NCBI GenBank assembly: GCA_964057225.1
Contig: OZ059900.1
Location: 24,738,001 to 24,802,000 of the forward strand
Length of the DNA: 64,000 nt
Source of the DNA: Auanema rhodensis
Lineage: Eukaryota > Animalia > Nematoda
Direction: 5' to 3'
In this document: positions 25,025 through 38,319 of the stretch, in pieces
Layout: every line of letters begins with the position of its first letter
Numbering within the stretch: the first letter of the stretch is position 1
The notes under the pieces: model-generated
What the model was told of the DNA's origin: nothing
Databases searched by the model: none
The model's input: only the letters and a program-made list of their open reading frames with translations
Program-made: the position numbers and the translations under genes

Positions 25025-28000
25025 CATGGGAAATACTGTGTTTTTGTATTTTTCTAGTGTTCAGCATGTAAAATGCTTCATTTTAGTATGTAACACGCTG
25101 AAATTCGTTGCATTTGACTACTCATATAAACAAAAATCGATTTAATCAATATTAGCCATAAGGGGCGTGCCCTCAGAATATGCTAATTTCCTTAATTTTC
25201 TAACCCCTGTTTTTTTGTCGTGAAAGTGGAACTAGACGTTGTACAAACAATTTTGAGCTAGGTTTCATTGACATTGCATGAGTTTGAACACATGAAATCG
25301 TAAGTCAAAACCTTGTTTACAGCGAAATTTCCAAAAACTGGTTTTCCAGCATAATAAAATATTTCTCATGAGAAATACTATGTTTTTGTATTTTTTTAGT
25401 GTTCAGCATGTAAGATGCTCCATTTAAGTATGTAACACGCTGAAATTCGTTGCATTTGACTACTCATATGAACAAAAATCGATTTAATCAATATTAGCCA
25501 TAAGGGGCGTGCCCTCAGAATATGCTAATTTCCTTAATTTTCTAACCCCTGTTTTTTTGTCGTGAAAGTGGAACTAGACGTTGTACAAACAATTTTGAGC
25601 TAGGTTTCATTGACATTGCATGAGTTTGAACACATGAAATCGTAAGTCAAAACCTTGTTTACAGCGAAATTTCCAAAAACTGGTTTTCCAGCATAATAAA
25701 ATATTTCTCATGAGAAATACTGTGTTTTTGTATTTTTCTAGTGTTCAGCATGTAAAATGCTTCATTTAAGTATGTAACACGATGAAATTCGTTGCATTTG
25801 ACGACTCATATGAACAAAAATCGATTTAATCAATATTAGCCATAATGGGCGTGCCCTCAGAATATGCTAATTTCCTTAATTTTCTAACCCCTGTTTTTTT
25901 GTCGTGAAAGTGGAACTAGACGTTGTACAAACAATTTTGAGCTAGGTTTCATTGACATTGCATGAGTTTGAACACATGAAATCGTAAGTAAAAACCTTGT
26001 TTACAGCGAAATTTCCAAAAACTGGTTTTCCAGCATAACAAAATATTTCTCATGAGAAATACTGTGTTTTTGTATTTTTCTAGTGTTCAGCATGTAAAAT
26101 GCTTCATTTTAGTATGTAACACGCTGAAATTCGTTGCATTTGACGACTCATATGAACAAAAATCGATTTTATCAATATTAGCCATAAGGGGCGTGCCCTC
26201 AGAATATGCTAATTTCCTTAATTTTCTAACCCCTGTTTTTTTGTCGTCAAAGTGGAACTAGACGTTGTACAAACAATTTTGAGCTAGGTTTCATTGACAT
26301 TGCATGAGTTTGAACACATGAAATCGTAAGTCAAAACCTTGTTTACAGCGAAATTTCCAAAAACTGGTTTTCCAGCATAATAAAATATTTCTCATGGGAA
26401 ATACTGTGTTTTTGTATTTTTCTAGTGTTCAGCATGTAAAATGCTTCATTTTAGTATGTAACACGCTGAAATTCGTTGCATTTGACTACTCATATGAACA
26501 AAAATCGATTTAATCAATATTAGCCATAAGGGGCGTGCCCTCAGAATATGCTAATTTCCTTAATTTTCTAACCCCTGTTTTTTTGTCGTGAAAGTGGAAC
26601 TAGACGTTGTACAAACAATTTTGAGCTAGGTTTCATTGACATTGCATGAGTTTGAACACATGAAATCGTAAGTCAAAACCTTGTTTACAGCGAAATTTCC
26701 AAAAACTGGTTTTCCAGCATAATAAAATATTTCTCATGGGAAATACTGTGTTTTTGTATTTTTCTAGTGTTCAGCATGTAAAATGCTTCATTTTAGTATG
26801 TAACACGCTGAAATTCGTTGCATTTGACTACTCATATAAACAAAAATCGATTTAATCAATATTAGCCATAAGGGGCGTGCCCTCAGAATATGCTAATTTC
26901 CTTAATTTTCTAACCCCTGTTTTTTTGTCGTGAAAGTGGAACTAGACGTTGTACAAACAATTTTGAGCTAGGTTTCATTGACATTGCATGAGTTTGAACA
27001 CATGAAATCGTAAGTCAAAACCTTGTTTACAGCGAAATTTCCAAAAACTGGTTTTCCAGCATAATAAAATATTTCTCATGAGAAATACTATGTTTTTGTA
27101 TTTTTTTAGTGTTCAGCATGTAAGATGCTTCATTTAAGTATGTAACACGCTGAAATTCGTTGCATTTGACTACTCATATGAACAAAAATCGATTTAATCA
27201 ATATTAGCCATAAGGGGCGTGCCCTCAGAATATGCTAATTTCCTTAATTTTCTAACCCCTGTTTTTTTGTCGTGAAAGTGGAACTAGACGTTGTACAAAC
27301 AATTTTGAGCTAGGTTTCATTGACATTGCATGAGTTTGAACACATGAAATCGTAAGTCAAAACCTTGTTTACAGCGAAATTTCCAAAAACTGGTTTTCCA
27401 GCATAATAAAATATTTCTCATGAGAAATACTGTGTTTTTGTATTTTTCTAGTGTTCAGCATGTAAAATGCTTCATTTAAGTATGTAACACGATGAAATTC
27501 GTTGCATTTGACGACTCATATGAACAAAAATCGATTTAATCAATATTAGCCATAATGGGCGTGCCCTCAGAATATGCTAATTTCCTTAATTTTCTAACCC
27601 CTGTTTTTTTGTCGTGAAAGTGGAACTAGACGTTGTACAAACAATTTTGAGCTAGGTTTCATTGACATTGCATGAGTTTGAACACATGAAATCGTAAGTA
27701 AAAACCTTGTTTACAGCGAAATTTCCAAAAACTGGTTTTCCAGCATAACAAAATATTTCTCATGAGAAATACTGTGTTTTTGTATTTTTCTAGTGTTCAG
27801 CATGTAAAATGCTTCATTTTAGTATGTAACACGCTGAAATTCGTGGCATTTGACGACTCATATGAACAAAAATCGATTTAATCAATATTAGCCATAAGGG
27901 GCGTGCCCTCAGAATATGCTAATTTCCTTAATTTTCTAACCCCTGTTTTTTTGTCGTCAAAGTGGAACTAGACGTTGTACAAACAATTTTGAGCTAGGTT

Positions 28001-28408
28001 TCATTGACATTGCATGAGTTTGAACACATGAAATCGTAAGTCAAAACCTTGTTTACAGCGAAATTTCCAAAAACTGGTTTTCCAGCATAATAAAATATTT
28101 CTCATGGGAAATACTGTGTTTTTGTATTTTTCTAGTGTTCAGCATGTAAAATGCTTCATTTTAGTATGTAACACGCTGAAATTCGTTGCATTTGACTACT
28201 CATATGAACAAAAATCGATTTAATCAATATTAGCCATAAGGGGCGTGCCCTCAGAATATGCTAATTTCCTTAATTTTCTAACCCCTGTTTTTTTGTCGTG
28301 AAAGTGGAACTAGACGTTGTACAAACAATTTTGAGCTAGGTTTCATTGACATTGCATGAGTTTGAACACATGAAATCGTTAGTCAAAACCTTGTTTACAG
28401 CGAAATTT
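25025..28408 (+). repeat. 5-monomer higher-order repeat (1710 bp x 2)
   Basis: CTCATATAAA occurs at 25121 and 26831. AGAAATACTA/TAAGATG monomers start at 25367 and 27077. GATGAAA/CATAATGGG/CATAACA monomers start at 25709 and 27419. Confidence 0.88.
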
Positions 28409-28631
28409 AATCAATATTAGCCATAAGGGGCGTGCCCTCAGAATATGCTAATTTCCTTAATTTTCTAACCCCTGTTTTTTTGTCGTGAAAGTGGAACTAG
28501 ACGTTGTACGAACAATTTTGAGCTAGGTTTCATTGACATTGCATGAGTTTGAACACATGAAATCGTAAGTCAAAACCTTGTTTACAGCGAAACTTCCAAA
28601 AACTGGTTTTCCAGCATAATAAAATATTTCT
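28103..28631 (+). repeat. 529-bp fused unit: 155-bp deletion across a monomer boundary (type II junction)
   Basis: CAGCGAAATTT|AATCAATATTAG at 28408/28409 joins monomer position 306 to position 120 through a shared ATTT. Confidence 0.93.
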
Positions 28632-28973
28632 CATGGGAAATACTGTGTTTTTGTATTTTTCTAGTGTTCAGCATGTAAAATGCTCCATTTTAGTATGTAA
28701 CACGCTGAAATTCGTTGCATTTGACGACTCATATGAACAAAAATCGATTTAATCAATATTAGCCATAAGGGGCGTGCCCTCAGAATATGCTAATTTCCTT
28801 AATTTTCTAACCCCTGTTTTTTTGTCGTGAAAGTGGAACTAGACGTTGTACGAACAATTTTAAGCTAGGTTTCATTGACATTGCATGAGTTTGAACACAT
28901 GAAATCGTAAGTCAAAACCTTGTTTACAGCGAAATTTCCAAAAACTGGTTTTCCAGCATAATAAAATATTTCT

Positions 28974-29372
28974 CATGGGAAATACTGTGTTTTTGTATTT
29001 TTCTAGTGTTCAGCATGTAAAATGCTTCATTTTAGTATGTAACACGCTGAAATTCGTTGCATTTGACGACTCATATGAACAAAAATCGATTTAATCAATA
29101 TTCGTTGTTTTCGTTGCATTTGACTACTCATATGAACAAAAATCGATTTAATCAATATTAGCCATAAGGGGCGTGCCCTCAGAATATGCTAATTTCCTTA
29201 ATTTTCTAACCCCTGTTTTTTTGTCGTGAAAGTGGAACTAGACGTTGTACGAACAATTTTGAGCTAGGTTTCATTGACATTGCATGAGTTTGAACACATG
29301 AAATCGTAAGTCAAAACCTTGTTTACAGCGAAATTTCCAAAAACTGGTTTTCCAGCATAATAAAATATTTCT
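28974..29372 (+). repeat. 399-bp unit (type III junction, +57 bp), copy 1
   Basis: Monomer 1-129, then filler CGTTGTT (29103-29109), then monomer 80-342. Confidence 0.93.
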
Positions 29373-31765
29373 CATGGGAAATACTGTGTTTTTGTATTTT
29401 TCTAGTGTTCAGCATGTAAAATGCTTCATTTTAGTATGTAACACGCTGAAATTCGTTGCATTTGACTACTCATATGAACAAAAATCGATTTAATCAATAT
29501 TAGCCATAAGGGGCGTGCCCTCAGAATATGCTAATTTCCTTAATTTTCTAACCCCTGTTTTTTTGTCGTGAAAGTGGAACTAGACGTTGTACAAACAATT
29601 TTGAGCTAGGTTTCATTGACATTGCATGAGTTTGAACACATGAAATCGTAAGTCAAAACCTTGTTTACAGCGAAATTTCCAAAAACTGGTTTTCCAGCAT
29701 AATAAAATATTTCTCATGGGAAATACTGTGTTTTTGTACTTTTCTAGTGTTCAGCATGTAAAATGCTTCATTTTAGTATGTAACACGCTGAAATTCGTTG
29801 CATTTGAGGACTCATATGAACAAAAATCGATTAAATCAATATTAGCCATAAGGGGCGTGCCCTCAGAATATGCTAATTTCCTTAATTTTCTAACCCCTGT
29901 TTTTTTGTCGTGAAAGTGGAACTAGACGTTGTACAAACAATTTTGAGCTAGGTTTCATTGACATTGCATGAGTTTGAACACATGAAATCGTAAGTCAAAA
30001 CCTTGTTTACAGCGAAATTTCCAAAAACTGGTTTTCCAGCATAATAAAATATTTCTCATGGGAAATACTGTGTTTTTGTATTTTTCTAGTGTTCAGCATG
30101 TAAAATGCTTCATTTTAGTATGTAACACGCTGAAATTCGTTGCATTTGACTACTCATATGAACAAAAATCGATTTAATCAATATTAGCCATAAGGGGCGT
30201 GCCCTCAGAATATGCTAATTTCCTTAATTTTCTAACCCCTGTTTTTTTGTCGTGAAAGTGGAACTAGACGTTGTACAAACAATTTTGAGCTAGGTTTTAT
30301 TGACATTGCATGAGTTTGAACACATGAAATCGTAAGTCAAAACCTTGTTTACAGAGAAATTTCCAAAAACTGGTTTTCCAGCATAATAAAATATTTCTCA
30401 TGAGAAATACTGTGTTTTTGTATTTTTCTAGTGTTCAGCATGTAAAATGCTTCATTTTAGTATGTAACACGCTGAAATTCGTGGCATTTGACGACTCATA
30501 TGAACAAAAATCGATTTAATCAATATTAGCCATAAGGGGCGTGCCCTCAGAATATGCTAATTTCCTTAATTTTCTAACCCCTGTTTTTTTGTCGTCAAAG
30601 TGGAACTAGACGTTGTACAAACAATTTTGAGCTAGGTTTCATTGACATTGCATGAGTTTGAACACATGAAATCGTAAGTCAAAACCTTGTTTACAGCGAA
30701 ATTTCCAAAAACTGGTTTTCCAGCATAATAAAATATTTCTCATGGGAAATACTGTGTTTTTGTATTTTTCTAGTGTTCAGCATGTAAAATGCTTCATTTT
30801 AGTATGTAACACGCTGAAATTCGTTGCATTTGACTACTCATATGAACAAAAATCGATTTAATCAATATTAGCCATAAGGGGCGTGCCCTCAGAATATGCT
30901 AATTTCCTTAATTTTCTAACCCCTGTTTTTTTGTCGTGAAAGTGGAACTAGACGTTGTACAAACAATTTTGAGCTAGGTTTCATTGACATTGCATGAGTT
31001 TGAACACATGAAATCGTAAGTCAAAACCTTGTTTACAGCGAAATTTCCAAAAACTGGTTTTCCAGCATAATAAAATATTTCTCATGAGAAATACTGTGTT
31101 TTTGTATTTTTCTAGTGTTCAGCATGTAAAATGCTTCATTTTAGTATGTAACACGCTGAAATTCGTTGCATTTGACGACTCATATGAACAAAAATCGATT
31201 TAATCAATATTAGCCATAAGGGGCGTGCCCTCAGAATATGCTAATTTCCTTAATTTTCTAACCCCTGTTTTTTTGTCGTGAAAGTGGAACTAGACGTTGT
31301 ACGAACAATTTTGAGCTAGGTTTCATTGACATTGCATGAGTTTGAACACATGAAATCGTAAGTCAAAACCTTGTTTACAGCGAAATTTCCAAAAACTGGT
31401 TTTCCAGCATAATAAAATATTTCTCATGGGAAATACTGTGTTTTTGTATTTTTCTAGTGTTCAGCATGTAAAATGCTCCATTTTAGTATGTAACACGCTG
31501 AAATTCGTTGCATTTGACGACTCATATGAACAAAAATCGATTTAATCAATATTAGCCATAAGGGGCGTGCCCTCAGAATATGCTAATTTCCTTAATTTTC
31601 TAACCCCTGTTTTTTTGTCGTGAAAGTGGAACTAGACGTTGTACGAACAATTTTAAGCTAGGTTTCATTGACATTGCATGAGTTTAACACATGAAATCGT
31701 AAGTCAAAACCTTGTTTACAGCGAAATTTCCAAAAACTGGTTTTCCAGCATAATAAAATATTTCT

Positions 31766-32164
31766 CATGGGAAATACTGTGTTTTTGTATTTTTCTAGTG
31801 TTCAGCATGTAAAATGCTTCATTTTAGTATGTAACACGCTGAAATTCGTTGCATTTGACGACTCATATGAACAAAAATCGATTTAATCAATATTCGTTGT
31901 TTTCGTTGCATTTGACTACTCATATGAACAAAAATCGATTTAATCAATATTAGCCATAAGGGGCGTGCCCTCAGAATATGCTAATTTCCTTAATTTTCTA
32001 ACCCCTGTTTTTTTGTCGTGAAAGTGGAACTAGACGTTGTACGAACAATTTTGAGCTAGGTTTCATTGACATTGCATGAGTTTGAACACATGAAATCGTA
32101 AGTCAAAACCTTGTTTACAGCGAAATTTCCAAAAACTGGTTTTCCAGCATAATAAAATATTTCT
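31766..32164 (+). repeat. 399-bp unit (type III junction, +57 bp), copy 2
   Basis: Identical junction AATATT-CGTTGTT-TTCGTTGCATTTGACTAC, with the filler at 31895-31901. Confidence 0.93.
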
Positions 32165-33190
32165 CATGGGAAATACTGTGTTTTTGTATTTTTCTAGTGT
32201 TCAGCATGTAAAATGCTTCATTTTAGTATGTAGCACGCTGAAATTCGTTGCATTTGACTACTCATATGAACAAAAATCGATTTAATCAATATTAGCCATA
32301 AGGGGCGTGCCCTCAGAATATGCTAATTTCCTTAATTTTCTAACCCCTGTTTTTTTGTCGTGAAAGTGGAACTAGACGTTGTACAAACAATTTTGAGCTA
32401 GGTTTCATTGACATTGCATGAGTTTGAACACATGAAATCGTAAGTCAAAACCTTGTTTACAGCGAAATTTCCAAAAACTGGTTTTCCAGCATAATAAAAT
32501 ATTTCTCATGGGAAATACTGTGTTTTTGTACTTTTCTAGTGTTCAGCATGTGAAATGCTTCATTTTAGTATGTAACACGCTGAAATTCGTTGCATTTGAC
32601 GACTCATATGAACAAAAATCGATTAAATCAATATTAGCCATAAGGGGCGTGCCCTCAGAATATGCTAATTTCCTTAATTTTCTAACCCCTGTTTTTTTGT
32701 CGTGAAAGTGGAACTAGACGTTGTACAAACAATTTTGAGCTAGGTTTCATTGACATTGCATGAGTTTGAACACATGAAATCGTAAGTCAAAACCTTGTTT
32801 ACAGCGAAATTTCCAAAAACTGGTTTTCCAGCATAATAAAATATTTCTCATGGGAAATACTGTGTTTTTGTATTTTTCTAGTGTTCAGCATGTAAAATGC
32901 TTCATTTTAGTATGTAACACGCTGAAATTCGTTGCATTTGACTACTCATATGAACAAAAATCGATTTAATCAATATTAGCCATAAGGGGCGTGCCCTCAG
33001 AATATGCTAATTTCCTTAATTTTCTAACCCCTGTTTTTTTGTCGTGAAAGTGGAACTAGACGTTGTACAAACAATTTTGAGCTAGGTTTTATTGACATTG
33101 CATGAGTTTGAACACATGAAATCGTAAGTCAAAACCTTGTTTACAGAGAAATTTCCAAAAACTGGTTTTCCAGCATAATAAAATATTTCT

Positions 33191-36100
33191 CATAAAAAAT
33201 ACTGTGTTTTTGTATTTTTCTAGTGTTCAGCATGTAAAATGCTTCATTTTAGTATGTAACACGCTGAAATTCGTTGCATTTGACGACTAATATGAACAAA
33301 AATCGATTTAATCAATATTAGCCATAAGGGGCGTGCCCTCAGAATATGCTAATTTCCTTAATTTTCTAACCCCTGTTTTTTTGTCGTGAAAGTGGAACTA
33401 GACATTGTACGAACAATTTTGAACTAGGTTTCATTGACATTGCATGAGTTTGAACACATGAAATCGTAAGTCAAAACCTTGTTTACAGCGAAATTTCCAA
33501 AAACTGGTTTTCCAGCATAATAAAATATTTCTAATGGGAAATACTGTGTTTTTGTATTTTTCTAGTGTTCAGCATGTAAAATGCTTCATTTTAGTATGTA
33601 ACACGCTGAAATTCGTTGCATTTGACGACTCATATGAACAAAAATCGATTTAATCAATATTAGCCATAAGGGGCGTGCCCTCAGAATATGCTAATTTCCT
33701 TAATTTTCTAACCCCTGTTTTTTTGTCGTGAAAGTGGAACTAGACGTTGTACGAACAATTTTGAACTAGGTTTCATTGACATTGCATGAGTTTGAACACA
33801 TGAAATCGTAAGTCAAAACCTTGTTTACAGCGAAATTTCCAAAAACTGGTTTTCCAGCATAATAAAATATTTCTCATGGGAAATACTGTGTTTTTGTATT
33901 TTTTTAGTGTTCAGCATGTAAAATGCTTCATTTTAGTATGTAACACGCTGAAATTCGTTGCATTTGACGACTCATATGAACAAAAATCGATTTAATCAAT
34001 ATTAGCCATAAGGGGCGTGCCCTCAGAATATGCTAATTTCCTTAATTTTCTAACCCCTGTTTTTTTGTCGTGAAAGTGGAACTAGACGTTGTACGAACAA
34101 TTTTGAACTAGGTTTCATTGACATTGCATGAGTTTGAACACATGAAATCGTAAGTCAAAACCTTGTTTACAGCGAAATTTCCAAAAACTGGTTTTCCAGC
34201 ATAATAAAATATTTCTCATGGGAAATACTGTGTTTTTGTATTTTTCTAGTGTTCAGCATGTAAAATGCTTCATTTTAGTATGTAACACGCTGAAATTCGT
34301 TGCATTTGACGACTCATATGAACAAAAATCGATTTAATCAATATTAGCCATAAGGGGCGTGCCCTCAGAATATGCTAATTTCCTTAATTTTCTAACCCCT
34401 GTTTTTTTGTCGTGAAAGTAGAACTAGACGTTGTACGAACAATTTTGAGCTAGGTTTCATTGACATTGCATGAGTTTGAACACATGAAATCGTAAGTCAA
34501 AACCTTGTTTACAGCGAAATTTCCAAAAACTGGTTTTCCAGCATAATAAAATATTTCTCGTGGGAAATACTGTGTTTTTGTATTTTTCTAGTGTTCAGCA
34601 TGTAAAATGCTTCATTTTAGTATGTAACACGCTGAAATTCGTTGCATTTGACGACTCATATGAACAAAAATCGATTTAATCAATATTAGCCATAAGGGGC
34701 GTGCCCTCAGAATATGCTAATTTCCTTAATTTTCTAACCCCTGTTTTTTTGTCGTGAAAGTGGAACTAGACGTTGTACGAACAATTTTGAACTAGGTTTC
34801 ATTGACATTGCATGAGTTTGAACACATGAAATCGTAAGTCAAAACCTTGTTTACAGCGAAATTTCCAAAAACTGGTTTTCCAGCATAATAAAATATTTCT
34901 CATGGGAAATACTGTGTTTTTGTATTTTTCTAGTGTTCAGCATGTAAAATGCTTCATTTTAGTATGTAACACGCTGAAATTCGTTGCATTTGACGACTCA
35001 TATGAACAAAAATCGATTTAATCAATATTAGCCATAAGGGGCGTGCCCTCAGAATATGCTAATTTCCTTAATTTTCTAACCCCTGTTTTTTTGTCGTGAA
35101 AGTGGAACTAGACGTTGTACGAACAATTTTGAGCTAGGTTTCATTGACATTGCATGAGTTTGAACACATGAAATCATAAGTCAAAACCTTGTTTACAGCG
35201 AAATTTCCAAAAACTGGTTTTCCAGCATAATAAAATATTTCTCATAAAAAATACTGTGTTTTTGTATTTTTCTAGTGTTCAGCATGTAAAATGCTTCATT
35301 TTAGTATGTAACACGCTGAAATTCGTTGCATTTGACGACTCATATGAACAAAAATCGATTTAATCAATATTAGCCATAAGGGGCGTGCCTCAGAATATGC
35401 TAATTTCCTTAATTTTCTAACCCCTGTTTTTTTGTCGTGAAAGTGGAACTAGACGTTGTACGAACAATTTTGAGCTAGGTTTCATTGACATTGCATGAGT
35501 TTGAACAAATGAAATCGTAAGTCAAAACCTTGTTTACAGCGAAATTTCCAAAAACTGGTTTTCCAGCATAATAAAATATTTCTCATGGGAAATACTGTGT
35601 TTTTGTATTTTTCTAGTGTTCAGCATGTAAAATGCTTCATTTTAGTATGTAACACGCTGAAATTCGTTGCATTTGACGACTCATATGAACAAAAATCGAT
35701 TTAATCAATATTAGCCATAAGGGGCGTGCCCTCAGAATATGCTAATTTCCTTAATTTTCTAACCCCTGTTTTTTTGTTGTGAAAGTGGAACTAGACGTTG
35801 TACGAACAATTTTGAACTAGGTTTCATTGACATTGCATGAGTTTGAACACATGAAATCGTAAGTCAAAACCTTGTTTACAGCGAAATTTCCAAAAACTGG
35901 TTTTCCAGCATAATAAAATATTTCTCATGGGAAATACTGTGTTTTTGTATTTTTCTAGTGTTCATCATGTAAAATGCTTCATTTTAGTATGTAACACGCT
36001 GAAATTCGTTGCATTTGACGACTCATATGAACAAAAATCGATTTAATCAATATTAGCCATAAGGGGCGTGCCCTCAGAATATGCTAATTTCCTTAATTTT

Positions 36101-38319
36101 CTAACCCCTGTTTTTTTGTCGTGAAAGTGGAACTAGACGTTGTACGAACAATTTTGAGCTAGGTTTCATTGACATTGCATGAGTTTGAACACATGAAATC
36201 ATAAGTCAAAACCTTGTTTACAGCGAAATTTCCAAAAACTGGTTTTCCAGCATAATAAAATATTTCTCATAAAAAATACTGTGTTTTTGTATTTTTCTAG
36301 TGTTCAGCATGTAAAATGCTTCATTTTAGTATGTAACACGCTGAAATTCGTTGCATTTGACGACTCATATGAACAAAAATCGATTTAATCAATATTAGCC
36401 ATAAGGGGCGTGCCCTCAGAATATGCTAATTTCCTTAATTTTCTAACCCCTGTTTTTTTGTCGTGAAAGTGGAACTAGACATTGTACGAACAATTTTGAA
36501 CTAGGTTTCATTGACATTGCATGAGTTTGAACACATGAAATCGTAAGTCAAAACCTTGTTTACAGCGAAATTTCCAAAAACTGGTTTTCCAGCATAATAA
36601 AATATTTCTAATGGGAAAAACTGTGTTTTTGTATTTTTCTAGTGTTCAGCATGTAAAATGCTTCATTTTAGTATGTAACACGCTGAAATTCGTTGCATTT
36701 GACGACTCATATGAACAAAAATCGATTTAATCAATATTAGCCATAAGGGGCGTGCCCTCAGAATATGCTAATTTCCTTAATTTTCTAACCCCTGTTTTTT
36801 TGTCGTGAAAGTGGAACTAGACGTTGTACGAACAATTTTGAACTAGGTTTCATTGACATTGCATGAGTTTGAACACATGAAATCGTAAGTCAAAACCTTG
36901 TTTACAGCGAAATTTCCAAAAACTGGTTTTCCAGCATAATAAAATATTTCTCATGGGAAATACTGTGTTTTTGTATTTTTCTAGTGTTCAGCATGTAAAA
37001 TGCTTCATTTTAGTATGTAACACGCTGAAATTCGTTGCATTTGACGACTCATATGAACAAAAATCGATTTAATCAATATTAGCCATAAGGGGCGTGCCCT
37101 CAGAATATGCTAATTTCCTTAATTTTCTAACCCCTGTTTTTTTGTCGTGAAAGTGGAACTAGACGTTGTACGAACAATTTTGAGCTAGGTTTCATTGACA
37201 TTGCATGAGTTTGAACACATGAAATCGTAAGTCAAAACCTTGTTTACAGCGAAATTTCCAAAAACTGGTTTTCCAGCATAATAAAATATTTCTCGTGGGA
37301 AATACTGTGTTTTTGTATTTTTCTAGTGTTCAGCATGTAAAATGCTTCATTTTAGTATGTAACACGCTGAAATTCGTTGCATTTGACGACTCATATGAAC
37401 AAAAATCGATTTAATCAATATTAGCCATAAGGGGCGTGCCCTCAGAATATGCTAATTTCCTTAATTTTCTAACCCCTGTTTTTTTGTCGTGAAAGTGGAA
37501 CTAGACGTTGTACGAACAATTTTGAACTAGGTTTCATTGACATTGCATGAGTTTGAACACATGAAATCGTAAGTCAAAACCTTGTTTACAGCGAAATTTC
37601 CAAAAACTGGTTTTCCAGCATAATAAAATATTTCTCGTGGGAAATACTGTGTTTTTGTATTTTTCTAGTGTTCAGCATGTAAAATGCTTCATTTTAGTAT
37701 GTAACACGCTGAAATTCGTTGCATTTGACGACTCATATGAACAAAAATCGATTTAATCAATATTAGCCATTAGGGGCGTGCCCTCAGAATATGCTAATTT
37801 CCTTAATTTTCTAACCCCTGTTTTTTTGTCGTGAAAGTGGAACTAGACGTTGTACGAACAATTTTGAGCTAGGTTTCATTGACATTGCATGAGTTTGAAC
37901 ACATGAAATCGTAAGTCAAAACCTTGTTTACAGCGAAATTTCCAAAAACTGGTTTTCCAGCATAATAAAATATTTCTAATGGGAAATACTGTGTTTTTGT
38001 ATTTTTCTAGTGTTTAGCATGTAAAATGCTTCATTTTAGTATGTAACACGCTGAAATTCGTTGCATTTGACGATTCATATGAACAAAAATCGATTTAATC
38101 AATATTAGCCATAAGGGGCGTGCCCTCAGAATATGCTAATTTCCTTAATTTTCTAACCCCTGTTTTTTTGTCGTGAAAGTGGAACTAGACGTTGTACGAA
38201 CAATTTTGAACTAGGTTTCATTGACATTGCATGAGTTTGAACACATGAAATCGTAAGTCAAAACCTTGTTTACAGCGAAATTTCCTAAAACTGGTTTTCC
38301 AGCATAATAAAATATTTCT
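33191..38319 (+). repeat. Distinct subfamily domain (TTGAACTAGG, CATAAAAAAT, CTAATGGG and CTCGTGGG variants) with only loose higher-order structure
   Basis: These variants are confined to this interval and the start of the next monomer at 38320. Similar monomers at 33191 and 36268 are 3077 bp (9 units) apart. Confidence 0.8.

Larger units (their letters stand above)
27761..33190 (+). repeat. 8-monomer higher-order repeat x 2 (27761-30398 and 30399-33190)
   Basis: Both copies share the ordered markers TCGTGGCA+GTCGTCAA, TGCTCC+TTTAAGCT, the 399-bp unit, TGTACTTT+GATTAAAT and GGTTTTATT+ACAGAGAA. Confidence 0.9.

Noticed and set aside
22608-32705. Five 65-69 aa ORFs (MGNTVFLYFSS...) as protein-coding genes
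   Set aside because: They are satellite monomers with a point mutation in one stop codon. The same frame has further stops at monomer positions 197, 209, 230 and 245, and I recognise no protein domain.
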